NCBI RefSeq assembly: GCF_022045235.1
Contig: NW_027266282.1
Coordinates: 5,270,001 to 5,334,000, forward strand
Direction: 5' to 3'
DNA length: 64,000 nt
From: Haliotis cracherodii
Taxonomy: Eukaryota
Both the position numbers and the translations under genes were made by a program. Position 1 is the first letter of the stretch. Every line of letters begins with the position of its first letter. Positions 25,805 to 37,847 of this stretch are shown piece by piece. Under the pieces are notes generated by a model. That model was not told the origin of the DNA and made no database searches. It worked only from the letters and a program-made list of their open reading frames with translations.

Positions 25805-26631
25805 TCAACCTTTGCATGAAGAAATAAAGTTCATACATGGCAGACTTAACATGTTTGGAAATGTGGAGCCTGTCAGAAAGATTTAGTATGATTTATTGAA
25901 TTTGTGTTCTATTTCGGGAGTTTATGATAAGCTTTGCGGGGAAAATATTACTACGTTCTCATAAACAGTCTACTCTGTGTTTAGGAAATCTGCTTTGCAA
26001 CTAAAATGTCCTGTTTTCTGTATGTTTATGTCATAATTCAGGGACTTGGTGAGAATTTTAAGTAGTTTTTGTATATTTTAAGAATACTTTGTTTTCACGA
26101 ATGGGGCTGTGGGGTAGCCTGGTGGTTAAATCCGTCACTCGTCACGCCAAAGCCCTGAGTTTTTTAAGTCACATGGGTACAATGCCTGAAGTTTACTTCT
26201 GGGGCTCCTCACCATGATACTGCTGAAATATTGCTAAAACAAAAGCGGTGCAACACCATACTCATTATTCATACGGATGGTTTATTAGTTATACCAAGGT
26301 TCCTTCCGTCCGTCCTTCGAAAACTTTGTCCCCGCGATTTCTCTTAAACTATTCAGTGGATTCATCTCAAACTTAGTACATATAATCTGTGTAATATGGA
26401 TGGGTGCAGTCAAAATCAAAATATTCTTTCATTAATTTTTCATTTTTTTATTAATTTTTCAAACCCTTACCCTATCCATTATTTAATTTGAAACTACTGA
26501 CACACTAGGCAGGTCAGGGGGAATTAGTGAGCCACGCTCACTTTTGCCCTTGTTTAAGAATGAGTTGTTGTGTGGTGTGAAATGTAAATCATTCTCAGTG
26601 AATGGAAATGTTCTTATTTGCATTTCTTCAG

Positions 26632-26850
26632 GGGAATAACAGCCTACGTGACCCAGGTGACGAAGATCCGCATCCTGACACACTTCATGTACGCCCACGC
26701 TCAGTTCAGTGTGCTGAAGATCACCCATCACCCCGAGGACGGGACAGTCCGCATCCGATGGCGGATCAGCGGTCTGCCACAGCTCAAGACGCTTCTCATC
26801 TGGAAGTTCATGCCGTGGAACTATCGGAAAAACCGAGATGCTAATTCAGA
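26632..26850 (+). CDS. C6orf136: C6orf136-like, exon 4 (GITAYVTQVTKIRILTHFMYAHAQFSVLKITHHPEDGTVRIRWRISGLP...)
   Basis: TTTCTTCAG acceptor and GTAAGT donor; the HPExxTxxxRWRxxGLP motif of C6orf136/DUF2358. Confidence 0.93.
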
Positions 26851-27185
26851 GTAAGTGCAGCAGTGAGGGTAGCTGCTGCCTGACAATGACCCCTCGGGGA
26901 AAAAAGGTTCCTTGGATCACATTCTTGTGGGCTTGTGACGATTGGGTGGTTCAATATACAGAGGGGGGCTGATGCAGGTCATTGTATCCCAATTACGTTG
27001 ATTGATGCTCATGATGTCAATCACTTGATAATCTGGTCCAGATTTGAATATTTACAGACTCATAGCTGGAATATTGCTGAGTGCGGTATAAAAAAGGCCC
27101 TCTCTGTGTGAAGATGTGAGGACAGCTCCAGAGGATAAAATCATCAGCTGGATTTTCACTCAAGAATCTCCAGTGGAGCTCTCAC

Positions 27186-27722
27186 TGCCTCCGTGGTCTA
27201 GTGGAAGAGCGTCCGCCCGGAGAGCGGAAGGTCTGGGGTTTGATCCCCGACTGCGTCATACCAAAAGATGTTAAAAGATGGTACTTGTTGTTACCCTGTC
27301 TGGCGCTCGGCATTAAGTAGCTAAAACAAGGACTGGTCGGCTCGGAGTCAGTATACTGTGTCTGAGTGGGGTATTCATGTTAAACTGCGGCATGGTATCT
27401 CAGTGGGCTAGCACTATAAATCAGCATCAGTCCGGACTAGTCCAAGCAGCCACACACACTCACACACGTGCATGCACCTCGCTATATAAGTGCAATAATC
27501 TTGGACGCGAAGGGGCGGTCGAGTAACCTAGTGGTTAAAGCGTTCGCTCGTCATGCCGAAGACCAGGGTTCGAATCCCGACATGGGTACAATGTGTGAAG
27601 CCCATTTCTGGTGTCCCCCGCCGTGATATTGCTGGAATATTGCTAAAAGCGGCGTTAAACCAAACTCACTCACTCACTCACTTGGACGCGACGTTAAACC
27701 CAATATCACCTCACTTCACCAC
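27186..27722 (+). mobile_element. Family-D SINE with a family-B SINE inserted in its tail
   Basis: Full D head and core; the B insert at 27511-27680 is flanked by TSD CTTGGACGCGA. Confidence 0.9.
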
Positions 27723-27970
27723 CTCGTCAGATCTTGATGCAGAGGTATAATATCGGAGTAAAAGATCTAATTTTAATGAGATTGTTGAAATTAAGCATGG
27801 GCGTCAATGAGTCCTTGAAATGGCGAAGACCTTTAATTTGGGGAATCTTAATAATAGAAAAGCAAGGATCTCTGCACAACACTTCAGCCTCATGATTTCA
27901 GTTGCTATTTTTGAACGCTGTATTTCATATTCATCGATGATGTTCTCAAGTGTTGTTTCTGTGGTTGCAG

Positions 27971-28040
27971 GTGGCACGATGGGTTTTCCATATTCACTGT
28001 TGGCTCTGATGGCTTTGTCCATAAACACCGGGTCGACCGG
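27971..28040 (+). CDS. C6orf136: C6orf136-like, exon 5 (E|WHDGFSIFTVGSDGFVHKHRVDR)
   Basis: TTGCAG acceptor and GTGAGT donor; the DGFSxFxxxxDGxxxxHRxDR motif; phase consistent. Confidence 0.92.
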
Positions 28041-28364
28041 GTGAGTAGATGGAGAGAGGGAGGCTCCATTGGAAGTACTTGTATTAATGTCGACTGTTCC
28101 ACAAATTGTTCGCTGGGCAAAGACAGTCATAAGTCAGTGTTTAAGTTGCGATCACCTCAGCGCTTTGATAGCTTTGTGGAACAGACCCCAGATAAATATC
28201 TTCATATATACTACTCAAAAGAAGTTAAAGATATAGCTTGATGGGTTTAACTATAGTGATAGGAAAGAATCTGGTGTTCTTTAACTTCATTTGAATAGTA
28301 TAGATCAAATATTAGGAATATAAATTGTATTATGCAAGTCTTTGGCTGAATTATCATTGTGTCT

Positions 28365-28542
28365 TTTTGTTTGTTTGTTTGCAATATTTCCTTTCATTTT
28401 CAAATAATCGAGCCTGGACCATATAATCAAGTGATTGATATCATGAGCATCAATCCATACAATTAGGATATGATGATATGCATCAACGAAGCCAGCGAGC
28501 CTGACCACCCAATCCTGTTAGTGAACTCTTACGACAAGCATG
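28365..28542 (-). mobile_element. Family-A retroposon, partial
   Basis: Reverse-complement match. Confidence 0.75.
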
Positions 28543-28626
28543 GTGATTGTTTCACAGTGGTTCAGGCTTGATAACTGACTGCTACTGCAGTGTAGAGCAT
28601 CATTCACTCACTCACTCACTCAAGCA

Positions 28627-28996
28627 GGGAGACATGGGTAGCCCAGTCATCTAGAGTGCTGGAATTTCGCTGTGCAGAGTTGTGTCCCTTGGGCACGCCA
28701 GACACCTGTTATCATGGGTTCTAATCCCGGTTCGCCACGACTATGTTTCTAGGTTGGTCAGCATTATACTTGTGTTCGTGGCTTTTAACAAAGTGGTAAA
28801 TGTCTGAGACCTGCATCACTTTGGGCTTTTAACAAAGTGGTAAATGTCTTAGACCTGCATCACTTTGGGCTTTTAACAAAGTGGTAAATGTCTTAGACCT
28901 GCATCACTTTGGGCTTTCCTACGACATCAAACTGACATACTGTGTTGTAACTGGAATACTGTTAAAAAGGACGATGTTGTGACCCAACTCACTCAC
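28627..28996 (+). mobile_element. Family-C SINE with an internal 44-bp triplication
   Basis: GCTTTTAACAAAGTGGTAAATGTCTGAGACCTGCATCACTTTGG occurs three times. Confidence 0.85.
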
Positions 28997-29379
28997 GTTT
29001 GTCATTATGAGGGGGTTCAAATTTGTTCAAGGCATGAAAACCGTAATTTCAATATGGCCGCCAGGTAACCATTTTAATAACCCTGAAACCTCTTATGGTT
29101 ATTGCCCAATCCATTTTTTTCAGTAGTTTTTTTGTGTAGTTGGAAGGTCTCAACATGTTGTTGTTTTTTTCACAATATTTGAAATTTCGACCTTAATTTG
29201 CCCTTCCTCTTGGATCATTAGTGATTTTAGTGTTAGATTTTAGTCTTAGAATTTCCCTTTCAGTGTAAATGCTAAAAATATTTGAATATCAGTGCTCACA
29301 ACAACTTTTGTTAAGTGGCTGTCTTTGTTGACATTTCAAACTGTTGACTACATAACCATTGGAGCTACAGTGCTGTGGG

Positions 29380-29725
29380 TTGGAGAGCGGAAGGTCTGGG
29401 GTTTGATACCTAGCCGCATCATTCCAATAGACGTTAAAACATGGTATTTGTTGTTACCCTGCCTAAAACATGGACTGATCAGCTCGGAGTCAGTATACTG
29501 TGAGTGAGTGGGCATTCATGTTAAACTGGCGCATGGTATCTCAGTGGGCTGGCACTATGGAAATGACACCTACATAAGTGCAATAATTTAGGACATGACG
29601 TTAAACCCCATTTCACCTCACCTACATAAGTGCAATAACTAAGGATGTGACGTTAAACCCCATTTCATCTCACCTACATAAGTGCAATAATCTTGGACGG
29701 GACGTTAAACCCCATTTCACCTAAA
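29380..29725 (+). mobile_element. Family-D SINE fragment with a triplicated 3' tail
   Basis: CCTACATAAGTGCAATAA...GACGTTAAACCCCATTTCA occurs three times. Confidence 0.75.
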
Positions 29726-29756
29726 CCTGATGTTTATTGTTGTTTTCTTGTCCCAG

Positions 29757-29900
29757 GTTATGAAGGACGAGGAGCTGCAGATGGCCAAGCCAGCCAGCCT
29801 GGCAGCCCGACTCTCCATCATGCTTGGACTCGCCCCTAAACCCAGCCTCAATGACTTCAGCTCACTCTTCCTAAAGAGGACATCGTTTGCACCCAAGTAG
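29757..29900 (+). CDS. C6orf136: C6orf136-like, terminal exon 6 (VMKDEELQMAKPASLAARLSIMLGLAPKP...PK*)
   Basis: TTCTTGTCCCAG acceptor, phase 0, TAG stop, AATAAA at 29924-29929; total CDS 1344 nt. Confidence 0.85.
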   Translation, partial: VMKDEELQMAKPASLAARLSIMLGLAPKPSLNDFSSLFLKRTSFAPK

Positions 29901-30006
29901 TTTGCCTGTATACATAACCATAGAATAAAGTGTGTACTGCTTGGGAACTGCTTTTGAAATATATGATGTGAAATTCATAGTTAATAGACCGTGTGATGAA
30001 GGGTTA

Positions 30007-31005
30007 GGAAACAGGTACTTGTATGTATGTCTTGGTATGAATGTCGCTACAGGACAAGAGTTGTTGTCAGGAAACAGGCACTTGTATGTATGTCTTGGTA
30101 TGAATGTCGCTACAGGACGAGAGTTGTTGTTAGGAAACAGGCACTTGTATGTATGTCTTGGTATGAATGTCGCTACAGGACAGGATTTGTTGTTAGGAAA
30201 CAGGCACTTGTATGTACTGTAAACAGCTTTATTTCTGCGGCGTTAAAATATTGCGAATAGCACACCAAAGACAATACTGCGACGAGATATTTTTGCGTTT
30301 TGCGAGTTGCCGTGTTGAGATGACCTCTCGATTACCAAACAATAGACAGCTTCTCTCAGAAGCTAGTTAATCTGAGTTGGCCGGAAAGTTGACTGGAAGG
30401 CATTGCGACCAATTATCAAATACAATAATTGACTAAACTCAGTGTCATGACTGTGAGTTTGAATGCAAACAAAATTGTGGACAAAATTGCAAAGGACACT
30501 GACGCAATCAAGCGAGGTTGGAAGAAGGCAGGATTACTGTGAGGTAACAGTGACACTGATTGGTCTGTTTACACTGTCATTTGTGATGTATTGTGTGACC
30601 ATTCTGCATTCATTTGTGTTTTTAACTTATTGAGTAACTTGTGGTTCTGGTTGATGATTTCAACATTTGATGACGTGTTGCAATGAATAAAGTATGTATG
30701 TATTATTTATACTTATTTTTGCGTTTTTAATTTTTGCAATTGAGTCTCGTTCGCAAAACTCGCAATAATTAAAAGGTCGCAAAAAATTCCCTGTTTACAG
30801 TATATCTTGGTATGAATGTTGCTACAGGACAGGAGTTGTTGTTAGGAAACAGGCACTTGTATGTATGTCTTGGTATGAATGTTGCTACAGGACAAGAGTT
30901 GTTGTCAGGAAACAGGCACTTGTATGTATGTCTTGGTATGAATGTCGTTACAGGACAAGAGTTGTTGTTAGGAAACAGGCACTTGTATGTGAGTCTTGGT
31001 ATGAA
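30007..31005. repeat. 63-bp minisatellite split into two blocks by a transposon insertion
   Basis: GGAAACAGGCACTTGTATGTATGTCTTGGTATGAATGTCGCTACAGGACAAGAGTTGTTGT(C/T)A units at 30007-30214 and 30803-31005. Confidence 0.93.
30217..30800 (+). mobile_element. Internally deleted pogo/Tigger-like (Tc1/mariner superfamily) element
   Basis: TA|CTGTAAACAG...CTGTTTACAG|TA; internal DAIKRGWKKAGLL* resembles a pogo transposase C-terminus, followed by AATAAA. Confidence 0.82.
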
Positions 31006-31267
31006 TGTATGTCTGTTTTACTCTATTTTACTGAAGCATAAGGAAAGGATATTAATATCAGTATGTTCATATTGTAAGCACGTTTCTGACCTTATTGCAA
31101 AGGAGAAACCTTGACAAATGCTTGAAACAGTTGGCTTGAAACACAGAGAAAGAGTTCCACAATTACAAGTGATCCCGTTTATGGTAATTACATTTAGGTA
31201 AAATTAGGCTTGGACTGGTAATTCATGTGTTTGCCAGTCCCGGTGGACAGGCAAATAAAGTACCTTA

Positions 31268-31569
31268 CAGCGGTAGAAACTAACATTTTTCTTCCACTAG
31301 TCCTTATAATAATATTCCGTGCTTGTGGGTTTCACCAAAGTCGTAAACGTCTGAGACCTGCATCACTTCGGGCTTTCCTCCCACATTAAGCTGACACCCG
31401 TGATAAAACTGGAATATTGAATAAGAGCGGCGTTAAACCCAACCTACTCACACATAATGATACATTTAGCACAAACTGTAAAATGGCAAATTTTGTCTAG
31501 TCTTTATGATACCTTAACTATTGGTCAGGTTGGCAAGGACTACGGAACTAGTGCCAATTTCTAACACTG
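31268..31569. mobile_element. hAT-like MITE with a SINE-C fragment; relatives at 13189-13345 and 25382-25560
   Basis: CAGCGGTAGAAA...ACTAGTGCCAATTTCTAACACTG termini are shared among the copies. Confidence 0.55.
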
Positions 31570-32277
31570 CCTTATATCAATCTTTGTTGTTGAACAAAAC
31601 ATCGGCAATATTCATGTAAGTATATTTTTCAAAGAAGTCAGCTTGTCTGTAACCATTAGGGTTTACCCTTGTCTACTTTTAGTGCGAGAAATAACATTTC
31701 GCTTTGCTTTGAGGTTTAATATATACATCTATTTGTAGCGACCTAGTATCCAAATATTTAAAAAAAAAAGAAAATTGTGACTGAACTTTGTGTGAATGAC
31801 ATGTAGACCTATCTAAGTTACTTCAGAGATGCCGCATTACATTGAATATGATGTTGAAAGAATTAGAAACAGCTAATTTTCACATGTTTTTTGGTTGGGG
31901 GAAAGTTAGGACTGACAAAAAGTAGTGCAGACCGGTAATTTTTTGAACAGGTGACAAACTTTGCAAAGGGAGATAACTCCCAAGGGAGACATAATTAGCA
32001 CTATTGACGATGATCTTTCTCATGCTCTATTAATCAACCAGTAGAGCCTGCATATCCCCAAGAGATCTGCTCCCTTTCTTTTTATCTGTTAGTGTAACTG
32101 TAACCTGTTGATATGAAAAATGTGAAATGGGATCTCATCAATATGCTTTTGTCCAATTTAGGTCTGGTAGTTGACCATTCATTGATATTTCTGTCAAGAA
32201 ATTGTGGCCTCGGTCAGGGAGAGCTTGTGCACACAAGGATTGTTTCTGCTGAGCGAATCCACCAGTCCAGTCAGCCT

Positions 32278-33392
32278 ACCTTAAACCTTAAAGAAGACCA
32301 TATATGGAGGCCCCCACCTTAATGAAGACCATATATGGGAGTACCACCTTAAAGAAGACCATATATGGGAGTACCACCTTAAAGAAGACCATATATGGAG
32401 GCCCCCACCTTAAAGAAGACCATATATGAAAGTCCCACATTAAAGGAGACCATATATGGGAATACCACCTTAGTGAAGACCATATATGGAGGTCCCACCT
32501 TAATGAAGACCATATATATGGCGGTCCCACCTTAAAGAAGACCATAAATGGAGGTCCCACCTTAAAGAAAACCATATATGGGAGTCCCACCTTAAAGAAG
32601 ACCATGTATGGGGGTCCCACATTAAAGGCGACCATATATGGGAGTCCCATCTTAAAGAAGACCATATATGGAGGTCCCACATTAAAGGAGACCATATATG
32701 GGGGTCCCACTTTAAAGGAGACCTTATATGGGAGTCCCACCTTAAAGGAGACCATATATGGTAGTACCACCTTAAAGACCATATATGGGAGTCCCACCTT
32801 AAAGAAGACCATATATGGAGGTCCCACATTAAAGGCGACCATATATGGGGGTCCCACCTTAAAGGAGACCATATATGGAGGTCCTTCATTAAAGGAGACC
32901 ATATATGGGGTTCCCACCTTAAAGGAGACCATATATGGGAGTCCCACCTTAAAGGAGACCATATATGGGAGTCCCACCTGAAAGGAGACCATATATGGGG
33001 GTCCCACCTTAAAGGAGACCATATATGGGAGTCCCACCTTAAAGGAGACCATATATGAGAGTCCCACCTTAAAGGAGACCATATATGGGGGTCCCACCTT
33101 AAAGGAGACCATATATGGGAGTCCCACCTTAAAGAAGACCATATATGGAGGTCCCACATTAAAGGCGACCATATATGGGGGTCCCACCTTAAAGGAGACC
33201 ATATATGGGGGTCCCACCTTAAAGGAGACCATATATGGAGGTCCCACATTAAAGGAGACCATATATGGGAGTCCCACCTGAAAGGAGACCATATATGGGG
33301 GTCCCACCTTAAAGGAGACCATATATGGGAGTCCCACCTTAAAGAAGACCATATATGGAGGTCCCACATTAAAGGAGACCATATATGGGGGT
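32278..33392. repeat. 30-bp minisatellite (TTAAAGGAGACCATATATGGGAGTCCCACC), about 37 units
   Basis: Direct tandem repeats; source of the 364-aa and 299-aa repetitive ORFs. Confidence 0.97.
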
Positions 33393-34194
33393 TCCTCAAG
33401 GCTTTCGCTGAAAAGTGCTCAGAATTCTTCTCAGGCCTCTGAATATCAAGTTCTAATTATACCCCCAACCTAAAAGGACAGGGGTATATAGTTATACCAA
33501 GGAATTCCATTTGTCCTGAAGGCATATTTTGTGTGAGACCTACAACTTAAAAACTACTGCATAGATTCTTTAAAACTTGGTGAACACTTTTTATAACAAC
33601 ACAAGAGCTGCAGAGAAGTTTGATTTCAACATTTGGGTTTTCAGAAAAAATAGCTATTTTTCTTTCTTTTTTGACTTAGAATCTTTTTATTTAAACATCT
33701 GTGCAACCTATAACTTGAGTATTTCTCTATAGGTTCTTTTCAAATTTAAGGAACACTTTCTATACTAATAGGAGAAGTGCTAAGTTTCTTTGTGATATGT
33801 CTTTTTGCGAAAAACAATATGATTTTTGTCATGTTTTGAACGTAGAATTTTATTTACATCAACATTTATCCGACCTATAACTTGAAATCTACTTAATAGA
33901 TTCTTTTCCAATTGGGTGTACAGTTTCTATGCCAATAGGAGAGGTGCAGTGAAAAAGTTTGATTTTGATAGGTGGATTTTCTGAGAAAATATTGCTCTTT
34001 TAACATAGAAATATGTTGGAGTCAAAGTGAACCCTGCTCACTTTTTGCCTTGTTATTGTTTTGAGATGATTGATGATGATTGAGAGTGAATGATGTGGTG
34101 ATATATATGGTTGGTATGTTGTATACAGCCTGGCTTACACTGATCATGTACATGTAGCAGGAAGCCCAAGACAGTTACTCTAGTAACAGTGCTG

Positions 34195-34630
34195 ACTAAC
34201 AGCACTCTGGAATAGGATTGACCAAGAGCAGTCTGGAATATGATTGACTAGCAACATTCTGGAATATGATTGACTAGCAACAGTCTGGAATATGATTGAC
34301 TATCAACAGTCTGGAATATGATTGACTAACAAGTCTAGAATATGATTGACTAACATCTCTGGAATATGATTGACCAACATCAGTCTGGAATATGATTGAA
34401 TAGCAACAGCCTGGACTATGACTGACCGACAACAGTCTGGAATATGATTGACTAGCAACAGTCTGGAATATGATTGACTAACAGCTGTCTAGACTATGAT
34501 TGACTAACAACAGTCTGGAATATGATTGAATAGCAACAGTCTGGACTATGATTGACCGACAACAGTCTGGAATATGATTGACTAACAACAGTCTGGAATA
34601 TCATTGACTAACAACAGTCTGGAATATAAT
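34195..34630. repeat. About 26-bp minisatellite (AACAGTCTGGAATATGATTGACTAAC)
   Basis: Direct tandem repeats. Confidence 0.93.
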
Positions 34631-35179
34631 TGCGAAAATGCAGTCTAAACATGATTCACTAAATGTTATTTTTTACTTTGAAAAATTGCAATATTGAATG
34701 TCAGGCTTATCCTTTAAACAAGAGTGATCTGGACCCAGTTTCACAAAGTACTCTTAGTGCTAACTCCCACTTTGATAATAATTTATGGAGGTTTAGCTTT
34801 ATGCAAGAGGGTCCTGACTAAACCTTAAGGTACTCTCAAATGTAACATGTTTTGGCTATTATATAACATCTGCCAGCTTTTTTGAGCCCAGGAAGATTAG
34901 GGTGGATTTTTGTTACTGATAGCAAGTTTCTGTGTAACTTGTTGAAGTGTAGAATATATTTAACTTGATGAGATATAGATAATTCTGTAGGTGTGGTCAT
35001 GTGGTTGTTAAATGTTTGTTGGAATCAATTTATGTATGGAGCATTGTTGCGTGACCTTGATGCAAGGCATTCTGTGATTGCTGCTAAAGTGCTATTAGAT
35101 AATACTTGTAATAAACTTTGTTGATCAATAGCCAAGTCTTCATTCTCTCTTTGTGTGTATGTGTGTTGGATGTTTTTTT

Positions 35180-35441
35180 CTTTGTTTATTTGTTGTTTAC
35201 GCCGCACTCAGCAATATTCCAGGTTTATGATGGCGGTCTGCAAGTAATAAGTTTTGACCAAACAATTCAGTGATTGACATGATGCGCCTCGATCTGCACA
35301 GTTGGGAAACCTGACATGCATCATACAAGTCAGCGAGCCTGACCTCCCGATCCCTAAGTCGCCTCTTACCAAAGGCATTGTCACCTTTTACGCTAAGCAT
35401 GGGTTGCTGAAGACCCATTCTACCCCCGATCTTCACGGGTC
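35180..35441 (-). mobile_element. Family-A retroposon, full length
   Basis: Begins GACCCGTGAAGATC on the minus strand. Confidence 0.88.
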
Positions 35442-35546
35442 TTGGAGGGATAGTGTTGTGGTGGTCCAGGCCATGGGGGGATACATGCGTCCCTCAAATG
35501 TGCCGGAATCCAACAATGGTGGTTTCATTATGATGCTTGGTTTACC

Positions 35547-35780
35547 TGACCGCCTCTAGTGGTCTAGTGGTAGAGGTTCGGGGCTCCATTTCTAGCCGCG
35601 TCATATAAAATACGCTAAAAGAAGGTATGTCTTGTTACCCTGTCTGGCGCTTGGTACGAAAGGGCTAAAACAAGGACTGGTCGGCTCGGAGTCGGTATAC
35701 TGTGTTTGACTGGGGTATCCATGTTAAACTGGATCATGGTATCTCCGAAGGCTGGCTCTATAAAATAAGCGGTAGTCCGT
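35547..35780 (+). mobile_element. Family-D SINE, diverged
   Basis: GACCGCCTC..GTGGTCTAGTGGTAGAG head and Meta-like core. Confidence 0.75.
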
Positions 35781-35910
35781 ACTCGAAGTCAGGACCTTCT
35801 ACTCTCCAGGCGGAAGTTCTACCACTAGACCATAGAGGCCGTCAGATAAAACCTGAATGACCTGGGTGTAGGGGTCTCACGATCACCACCCCCAAGCTAC
35901 CCCTCCAACA

Positions 35911-36195
35911 GACCCGTGAAGATCCGTGCAGAGAATAGGTCTTCAACAACCCATACTTGCTGTAAAAGGAAACTATGTATGTCGGTCGCAAGAGGCGACT
36001 AACGGTATCGGGTGTTCAGGCTCGCTGACTTGGTTGATGCATGACATCGTATCCCAATTTGCGTAGATCGATGCTCATAATGTCAATCGCTGGATTGTCT
36101 GGTCCAGACTTGATTATTTACAGACGCCGTCATAGCTGGAATATTGCTGAGTGTGACGTTAAACAACAAACACTCACAACCAACCAAACAAACAA
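35911..36195 (+). mobile_element. Family-A retroposon, full length
   Basis: GACCCGTGAAGATCC start and (AAAC)n tail. Confidence 0.9.
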
Positions 36196-36519
36196 AGCAC
36201 CCGGCATGCAATTTAAGGACTTTTAAGTTAATCAGTGTACACAACTGTTAAAAGTAAAGCGTTCAAATAGAATGCAGGACCACGCGAGCTCATAAGTTTA
36301 GGGCTAAAACATTTATTGATTTTTCATTCTTTACAAGAAAATAGGACGAAAAATAAATGTCAACATTGACAACTGCGTTCTAATTTTAAACATTTCTTCA
36401 TGACATCCAGCGTTCTGCACTGCAACATACAGAATACATCTGACCCACTTGCACAAAGCGATCTTAGCACTAAGACTATCGTAAGTCTATGTTAAAGAAT
36501 GGGAGTTACGATCATCTTA

Positions 36520-37228
36520 AGGGGCCGTCACACCATGACGTTCTGGTCAACGTTCTCTGAACATTTCAATCGTTCAATTTTTGAGCGTTCTAGAATGAGG
36601 ATGACACATCTGGCGTGTGATTAACGTGTGCCTAACGCATGACTAGCGTGTGTCTAACGCACGAGAAACGTGTAACAGCGACCAAGTAAGATACCCCTGA
36701 AAACCATTAGCGTGAGCTAACGTGCCACTGGCGCGCCACGAACGATTTGTCAACGTTAGACGAGCGTGTTGAGCGTGTGACTAACGTGTGAATAACGACA
36801 GAATAGCGTCTTGCTGGCGTGTTATTTTTACGGTGCGCTAGGGGACCGTTCAGCGGTCGTTGACAGGTCGCCAGTGAGTCGTTCAATGCAAAGCAAACGA
36901 TTAGTAACGCTAGAGTAACGACTGACTAACGATAGTCGAGCGCGTGCAACGCTCGGCGAACGTTAGTAAAACGTTCCACGAACGTTCTTAAACGTTCTTC
37001 AGCGTTTAAAATTAAACGTTGAAGAACGCTGGTCTCAGTTTGAACTTTTGTGCATGTTCAAAACTTTTTTTCCGGACCAGCGTTCTCCGCCGATTCACGG
37101 CGATCACCGACGTTCACTAGCGTTCACACAACGCTCTTCTGGCGCTATCCCAGCGACCATGGGCGACTACCAACGTTTCCTCAAACGTCATAGAACGCTG
37201 ACCAGAACGTCATGGTGTGACGGCCCCA
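36520..37228. mobile_element. PIF/Harbinger-type MITE
   Basis: TIR GGGGCCGTCACACCATGACGTTCTGGTCA / TGACCAGAACGTCATGGTGTGACGGCCCC; 3-bp TTA TSD inside a smaller palindromic MITE. Confidence 0.92.
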
Positions 37229-37254
37229 TTAGCGCTAACAAACAGAATACCTCT

Positions 37255-37361
37255 GACCCACTTGCACAAAGCGATCTTAGCGCTAAGACTATCGTAAGTC
37301 TATGTTAAAGAACGGGAGTTACGATCACCTTAGCGCTAAGATCGCTTTGTGCAAGTGGACC
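37255..37361. mobile_element. About 107-bp palindromic MITE (relatives at 36443, 37378-37490, 49751-49850)
   Basis: CCACTTGCACAAAGCGATCTTAGCGCTAAG / CTTAGCGCTAAGATCGCTTTGTGCAAGTGG inverted ends. Confidence 0.85.
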
Positions 37362-37499
37362 CTGGACACTGCACTAGCCGCCATTGTACAAAGCGATCTC
37401 AGCGTGAAGGCGATCTACTCCCCTAACTCCCATACCTTGACATAGACTTACGACAGTCGTAGCGTTAGGTTTGTTTTGTACGACACCTGTCTCCAGCCT

Positions 37500-37765
37500 T
37501 CAGAGGGCACAGTTTCTGTGATACATCACGTATCCGTACGCCGCAGTGTCGCGGTCGGTGGCGGCGACGTCGAACCACGTGGCGTGGGTGAGGGTGCAGA
37601 AGCCGTCAGCGGGGTAACGCTCCACAGTGAGACACAGATACCCTGACTCGGACGTACACAAACCCAGACACGCCTCCTCGCTGTAGCCCCAGTCGCGGAA
37701 GGTGTTGGTGTCCCGCAGACCACGCTCGATGTAGGCGGTGAAGTCGGTGCCGTACCTTGAACAAT
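37500..37765 (-). CDS. PAN-EB-PAN protein, terminal exon 3 (second PAN/apple domain)
   Basis: CACTCATTCCAG acceptor (phase 1); GC-rich coding-like sequence; C-x3-C-x7-C-x11-C...YHRNC PAN pattern; TGA stop. Confidence 0.82.
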
Positions 37766-37847
37766 CTGGAATGAGTGAGTGAGTTGGGTTTAACTCTGTG
37801 TTGAACAGTATTTGAGTTATATCAAACCGTGTCATCTTGATCGGGGG

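Noticed and set aside
27804-28130. 108-aa minus-strand ORF
   Set aside because: Antisense shadow of C6orf136-like exon 5.
32288-33399. 364-aa and 299-aa repetitive ORFs
   Set aside because: A 30-bp tandem repeat open in several frames on both strands; no evidence of coding function.
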